A stretch of 64,000 nt of DNA. Source: a virus. The stretch is taken from IMG/VR virus record IMGVR_UViG_3300028883_000992, positions 1-64,000 of that record; one strand, written 5' to 3'. Numbering within the stretch: the first letter of the stretch is position 1; each line of letters begins with the position of its first letter. The notes under the pieces are model-generated. The model did not search any database and was not told the DNA's origin. It saw only the letters and a list, made by a program, of their open reading frames with translations. Below are positions 58,945 through 64,000 of this stretch, piece by piece. A program made the translations under genes and the position numbers.

Positions 58945-59146
58945 TATATACTCCGTTATCTATTATAAATAAATATGTTACAATTTTTTTGCAAACAGGG
59001 CAATAATAATTGAAATGATAGTTTGACTGACCATCCAATTCAGCCACATGTTCCATATTTATAAATTCCAAATTGTGAAATGTATGCTCGTCAACATATG
59101 TAATAAACCTATCTTGCCCTGACATATCTATCATAAGGTGTAACAA
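58910..59146 (-). CDS. Small hypothetical protein
   Basis: Overlaps both neighbours; likely start MSGQD. Confidence 0.45.
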   Translation of the reverse strand: MLHLMIDMSGQDRFITYVDEHTFHNLEFINMEHVAELDGQSNYHFNYYCPVCKKIVTYLFIIDNGVYNAKSASDDLFG

Positions 59147-59963
59147 CCCTTCCTACACTAATTTTACGAACTCTGTAGGAATTTATCAAAAATCCACAGC
59201 TTAAAAAAACACTTTCAAAAGCAGACGTAAAAACAAATGATATAGAATATGATAAAAATTCATAAATACGCATAGTAAAATTGAAAAATCTTTCAGTAAA
59301 TGTTAACCCACTAAATACAAATGACACATTATGTTCACTGGTCGCATATGCTCTAAAATTAATATCATAGTTAACTGCTTGGCTGTCATAAACTTTAAAC
59401 ACATTTGAAAAATCTGTACTTACAACATCTTTTACTTTAAAAATGTATGAATAATCATCAGCAGATACATCATATACCCTTAAAATATTATTCCAACTAT
59501 AGTCTGATGATTCATAGACACGATATACTAAACTATAATTACCATAAATAACATCATAAGCACTAAAAATAATATTAAAACCATAATCTAACTGGTGTTT
59601 TATTCCAAATACAAAATTATATTGTGTAGTAGGCTCAAAAGTCTCTAGTATAAAACTATAATTCTCTGACTTGGTATCATAAATTCTTACAATAAATTGA
59701 TAATTAAAATTATCAACAGATTTCTCAGATTGTAAGACAAATGAATAATTATAGTCTTTTGTATCATATGCCTTAAATACCAATGGTATATTAAAAGTAT
59801 CAAATGGATTACGTGACTCTAATACAATAGCAACATTAAATGTATCAACGTCTTTAGCTCTTAATACAAAAGAAAAATTGCTATATATACCATCACCAAA
59901 AGTAGGCTCATGATCCCAAACGTCACCGGGACGAGGTATATGTGAGGGGAATCTAATTACCAT
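59109..59963 (-). CDS. Repetitive beta-strand (fibre-like) protein
   Basis: About 15-aa period of Y/F-x-F-x-x-R/K-x-Y-D. Confidence 0.6.
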   Translation of the reverse strand: MVIRFPSHIPRPGDVWDHEPTFGDGIYSNFSFVLRAKDVDTFNVAIVLESRNPFDTFNIPLVFKAYDTKDYNYSFVLQSEKSVDNFNYQFIVRIYDTKSENYSFILETFEPTTQYNFVFGIKHQLDYGFNIIFSAYDVIYGNYSLVYRVYESSDYSWNNILRVYDVSADDYSYIFKVKDVVSTDFSNVFKVYDSQAVNYDINFRAYATSEHNVSFVFSGLTFTERFFNFTMRIYEFLSYSISFVFTSAFESVFLSCGFLINSYRVRKISVGRVVTPYDRYVRAR

Positions 59964-60652
59964 TAATCTACGTTAGTCGCCTCTAAACTGTCAACAATAT
60001 CACTATTGTTATCGTTATTAAATGCTATTCTTGCCACCCAACTTGTATCTTCACCGTCAATTCTATATATTACCACACTATCTTTTATTCTTGTACCATC
60101 ATTAGGATAATAAACCCAATATGAAGGCTCTAAATGCAATGCAGCCAAGATACCAAGATCACCTAATTTATCTTCAACTCCGTCTAAAATACCTGTTGAA
60201 TCACTAAACTCTGATCTTGTAGGTAATGCCATAAAACGTGCTGAAAATGCTGAATCTATAACTTGAAAATTACCTGAAATACAGCTTGTCAAATGTAAAC
60301 TTGAATCACGAATAGATAGAATATACCCATAAGTTCCATTAGCACCATGACTATCAATATCTGCTATAGCATATTTCAAAGAATATTGAGATTCAGGATT
60401 ATCGCTTTCCCAATCAACCTCTGTTATATTAGCGTCATTATATGCCATAGAATCTTTAAAAGACATATTACCACTTGGCTGAAAAACGGTCAAATACAAG
60501 GTATCACCATTCTCCATTGCCACTGGACAATTTAATGAATCACCTACAACAAAAACTATAGCTATTGAATCTTCTGAAGTCGTAGTCACATTACTTACTA
60601 TACCTGCATATGCAGATATTGATAGTAATAAAATAAATATAATTATCCTCAA
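59963..60652 (-). CDS. Signal-peptide-bearing acidic Ig-like protein
   Basis: MRIIIFILLLSISAYA signal. Confidence 0.65.
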   Translation of the reverse strand: MRIIIFILLLSISAYAGIVSNVTTTSEDSIAIVFVVGDSLNCPVAMENGDTLYLTVFQPSGNMSFKDSMAYNDANITEVDWESDNPESQYSLKYAIADIDSHGANGTYGYILSIRDSSLHLTSCISGNFQVIDSAFSARFMALPTRSEFSDSTGILDGVEDKLGDLGILAALHLEPSYWVYYPNDGTRIKDSVVIYRIDGEDTSWVARIAFNNDNNSDIVDSLEATNVD

Positions 60653-61323
60653 CGTCTTCTCCTTTTATATATATTATCTGAAAATCCTGTATACCAATAA
60701 CTTACTCTTGGATCATAAGCTGTTCCAGAATAATCTTTTGCCCTAAATGCAATATCACGCCTTCCACTAGAGGACGTAACTGAAGCAGGTGTTTCACCAA
60801 ACATAAGAACACCATTATTATCTTCATCGCCACGTATTAAAGAATTAATAAAATTAGTATCAAGTTCTATGTAATGCCAACCTGATCCCGGTACAATATC
60901 AATGCTGCCAACAACATCATTTGTATCAAAATCACCACCTGCCTGAGTCCATGTGCTATCTGGAGAATAATAATATGTCCAACACATATAAGCCTCATAG
61001 TCTGGCAAACCTTGACGAGTTACTGGGAATAAATTAAATGTCTCTGTTACACCAAAATTGATATTATTAATACCAATATAAATAGCTAATGTACAGGCAG
61101 ATACAATACCAGAAGGTAAATCAAAACCAATATAAGCCCTGTTATCATCTGTAGAACTTCCTTCTTGGCCTCCACAATAAATCACTGAAGCACTACCATA
61201 TAAACTAGTAGGAGCATCTCTTGCATATCTAGAATCAACTAATGTACTGTCTACCATATAGTCTGCATAACATACATTACAAATAAAAAATAAGGCTATT
61301 AAAACTATTGCAATATTGGACAT
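60649..61323 (-). CDS. Signal-peptide-bearing DNRLRE/CBM96-like domain protein
   Basis: Signal peptide; RAYIGFDLP..SACTL..WTQAGGD..NNGVLM..PRV. Confidence 0.7.
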   Translation of the reverse strand: MSNIAIVLIALFFICNVCYADYMVDSTLVDSRYARDAPTSLYGSASVIYCGGQEGSSTDDNRAYIGFDLPSGIVSACTLAIYIGINNINFGVTETFNLFPVTRQGLPDYEAYMCWTYYYSPDSTWTQAGGDFDTNDVVGSIDIVPGSGWHYIELDTNFINSLIRGDEDNNGVLMFGETPASVTSSSGRRDIAFRAKDYSGTAYDPRVSYWYTGFSDNIYKRRRR

Positions 61324-64000
61324 AATCTTATAACTCCTTGCGGTGATTCATCGGTTGTCTGTTCTGAAATAGAACTAGTATCAGTTGTTGCATCATCCCA
61401 TGCTATAGTTCTGAGATAATATTTTGTTCCACCTGATAATCCACTGACATCAAAAGAGTCGGGGTCAGTAAAACTACTCATTATAGAATCTATTCTGGTA
61501 GTTGGGGGAGTTGACACATCTAATAAAAGCACTATTCTTGCTAACGAGCCTTCTATATATGAAAAATCATCAACTACCGTAAATGAAGTGCTATCAACAT
61601 TAATAATAGATAATAACTGATCTAAACTAGTATCTACTTCTTCTGGCTCATACGCACCTATATATGACGGAAGACCACCACCAATACCAGAATCAGCACA
61701 TGGCGAGCTTGCTGTAATAGAAAAATCATGGGCTTCCGCATCAGCAAACCCCGGATTTTGTGATATTGAATTGGCGTTCTGACTGTAAGTAGTTGACCAC
61801 GATGTTACGGTAGGGTATGTCGGAGAGCACACCCATCCATCGTCATCATAGCAATCATCAAGAGTTATCGTAATCGTAGACATTCCCGAACTGTCAGAAT
61901 CCCATATATCATTATAGTCAATATCAAGCTCATCATAAAAACTGATTTCATCCGTCGTGTTGTAATATAGATGTGCAAATACGGTATTATCGGAAAATAT
62001 GTTATTATAAACATGAAGAACTCTAACCGAATCTGATCTAGCGAGAACCCTTATCCCCTCATCATTACCATATACTGTATTGTTAAAAACAGTAATAATG
62101 ATGGTACTATCAAACAAGTCTGCATCTGCACGTATATCAATCCCAACTCCATTGTCAAAAATAACATTGTTTTTTAGGGAATCATCGTATCCACCTGACC
62201 CAACCGATAAACCAACTATATTATCGCGAACAGTATTTCCTGAAACAACACAAAGAGTGTCAAGATGTTTAAGCCTTATTCCAAATCCATTCCCATAACA
62301 CACATTATCTGAGAATATTGAACCCGAAGAACGATAAACATGAATTCCGCTAACATTCCATTCTGTTAATGTATCGGGCACATTGTATTCATCAAAATTA
62401 TTAAATAGCGTACACGCATCAACGGTTTGATTCTGATTCGCACTATATCCAAACCACAAGCCACCACCATTATCGTTATTTTGGCTCCAATTCGTACACG
62501 CTACACACTCTACAAATGAGATGTTGTTTGAACCGCCAAGTATATGACCACCGGCAGGATATCCATACTTCATTATAAGCCTGTGAAACTCGACGTATTC
62601 ATAAGCATCGACATATATAGGAGCATGACCGGAATCAATCGTTGCCCCCACTGTCACACCACCGTACAAATGTGGCCTATCGAGTCCGGCTATCGTTGTA
62701 TCATATCCAATGTAAACTATCGGGCTTTCCGATGTACCGCTTGCCAATGGAGATAACGGACCAACAAGACCGTCTTTCGTATGGACGACTTCAAACTCTG
62801 GTGGGTTCCACGCTTCAGTATATTCAGCAGGTAGTATATTGATCGTATCACCGGGTGTGGCTAACGAGCAAGCATGACGACACGTTTCCCAACATGAATC
62901 TAGGGTTTTACCAGACCAATCATCATTACCAGAAGTACCTGAAACGTAATATATCCCATCAACGCCTGTATCAACTTCTTCTGGTTCAAATGCACCGATA
63001 TATGAATCTCTCCCTCCACCAATACCATTTGTCGCACAGGGAGAATTTGCAGGAATACTAAAATCGAGAATTAGAGTGTCTGCACAGAGGGGATTTTGAT
63101 CTATGCTATTAAGATCGTGACTATATGTAGACTGCCATTCTGATAGTGTATATAATGTTGGATATTCAGAACCAATACCAAAGCGATCCTCATCACTTCC
63201 AGACTCCCAAAAGCAATTGTAGTCAGAGTAATGACCGTGTAAGTATGTACTATAATCGTATATTAACATACCTATATCACAACCGATACTTAAATTATTA
63301 AACACAGAGTCATCTCTGACATCTTCCTCGTCGTTATCAAATCTAATCGCAACACCAGTGTGGTAAAATGTATTGTTGTAGGTATTGGTCCATCTGCTTT
63401 CAATTGACGATCCTGAACTCGGAAAGTAGTTCATCCCGACATCGCAATCAACTATTGTATTGTGATGCACCCAAATTGAATCCCCCTTCGGACTTAACGC
63501 TATCGCACACCCATAAAAAAGATTGTCATGGATGTCCAAGTACTTGTTGTAAAGATACTTGGATCTAAGACCAAATCCATTCGGTTGACCAAATATGACA
63601 TTGTTTTTGAACTCAGAATTAGTCGTTTCATAAATATGAATTCCGCTCGTGTTCCATGCATCGGAGGTATCCGGAAGCATTATCTCATCAAAATTGTGGT
63701 AAGTAGTACAGGCATCGACAAGAATACCCTCTGATCCACCTGCGTGATACATTACTATTCCGCCACCGTTATCATTTGGCTGAGTCCAATTTGAACAAGA
63801 GACACACTCAATGAAATGAACATAGTCAGTCCCCGAATACACCTGCAATCCCGCCATGCGGCCTCGCCTTGCAATGAGTCTTATCACTTTGATATAGTCC
63901 CTGTTAATGCAAACTGGGACGTGGCCAGAGTCACTGGGATAATCATTGTTTACTTTGCCGGAAAGGATCGGTCGATCAAGCCCCGCTATGGTGGTATCGT
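61305..64000 (-). CDS. Right-handed beta-helix (pectate-lyase-like) protein with two tandem modules and a C-terminal FN3; 5' end outside the window
   Basis: Frame is open to position 64000; repeated N..F.N / G.GI patterns; YYVSG..GND..SG; GLSGGTKYYLR. Confidence 0.8.
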   Translation of the reverse strand, partial: DTTIAGLDRPILSGKVNNDYPSDSGHVPVCINRDYIKVIRLIARRGRMAGLQVYSGTDYVHFIECVSCSNWTQPNDNGGGIVMYHAGGSEGILVDACTTYHNFDEIMLPDTSDAWNTSGIHIYETTNSEFKNNVIFGQPNGFGLRSKYLYNKYLDIHDNLFYGCAIALSPKGDSIWVHHNTIVDCDVGMNYFPSSGSSIESRWTNTYNNTFYHTGVAIRFDNDEEDVRDDSVFNNLSIGCDIGMLIYDYSTYLHGHYSDYNCFWESGSDEDRFGIGSEYPTLYTLSEWQSTYSHDLNSIDQNPLCADTLILDFSIPANSPCATNGIGGGRDSYIGAFEPEEVDTGVDGIYYVSGTSGNDDWSGKTLDSCWETCRHACSLATPGDTINILPAEYTEAWNPPEFEVVHTKDGLVGPLSPLASGTSESPIVYIGYDTTIAGLDRPHLYGGVTVGATIDSGHAPIYVDAYEYVEFHRLIMKYGYPAGGHILGGSNNISFVECVACTNWSQNNDNGGGLWFGYSANQNQTVDACTLFNNFDEYNVPDTLTEWNVSGIHVYRSSGSIFSDNVCYGNGFGIRLKHLDTLCVVSGNTVRDNIVGLSVGSGGYDDSLKNNVIFDNGVGIDIRADADLFDSTIIITVFNNTVYGNDEGIRVLARSDSVRVLHVYNNIFSDNTVFAHLYYNTTDEISFYDELDIDYNDIWDSDSSGMSTITITLDDCYDDDGWVCSPTYPTVTSWSTTYSQNANSISQNPGFADAEAHDFSITASSPCADSGIGGGLPSYIGAYEPEEVDTSLDQLLSIINVDSTSFTVVDDFSYIEGSLARIVLLLDVSTPPTTRIDSIMSSFTDPDSFDVSGLSGGTKYYLRTIAWDDATTDTSSISEQTTDESPQGVIRLCPILQ

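Larger units (their letters stand above)
1..64000. mobile_element. Large tailed bacteriophage genome segment (siphovirus-like)
   Basis: Tape measure, tail tube, neck genes, phage-type replication module, dense small early ORFs and tRNAs. No host housekeeping operons. No sheath gene next to the tube gene. Confidence 0.95.

Noticed and set aside
3542-63734. Numerous 60-130 aa opposite-strand ORFs in the track
   Set aside because: They are antisense to well-supported genes and have no recognisable motifs.

Overview
An AT-rich 64 kb segment of a large tailed dsDNA phage, probably a siphovirus; the standard genetic code fits throughout. Two gene blocks converge at about 37.05 kb. The + strand (1-37019) opens with tightly packed small early/host-takeover genes. 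It then carries an SNF2 helicase, an ECF sigma factor, ArdC, a DenV-like glycosylase, RuvB and a bacterial-type replisome (DnaX-like clamp loader, SSB, Rad52/Sak-like annealase, DnaB, DnaG, DnaE, RecA). It also has three tRNAs (Gln-UUG, Lys-UUU, Leu-UAA), an HNH endonuclease, RtcB, an RlaP-like nucleotidyltransferase, a Macro domain, patatin and an amidase. The - strand (37079-64000) carries a partial beta-helix protein, signal-peptide-bearing proteins, head-tail/neck genes, tail tube, tail chaperones, tape measure and large tail-tip proteins. No capsid, terminase, portal, integrase, CRISPR array or reverse transcriptase is visible. The most notable observations are (1) an intergenic candidate ncRNA folding as a three-way junction plus pseudoknot (14718-14802); (2) two mutually exclusive hairpins in place of the usual -1 slippery site at the tail-chaperone junction; (3) a circularly permuted Amidase_3 coupled to a 23-aa membrane peptide; (4) a tRNA-Lys with C33 near RtcB/RlaP; (5) a primase with its zinc finger at the C-terminus; and (6) secreted-looking proteins inside the virion module. 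All family calls come from motif recognition by eye, not database searches.
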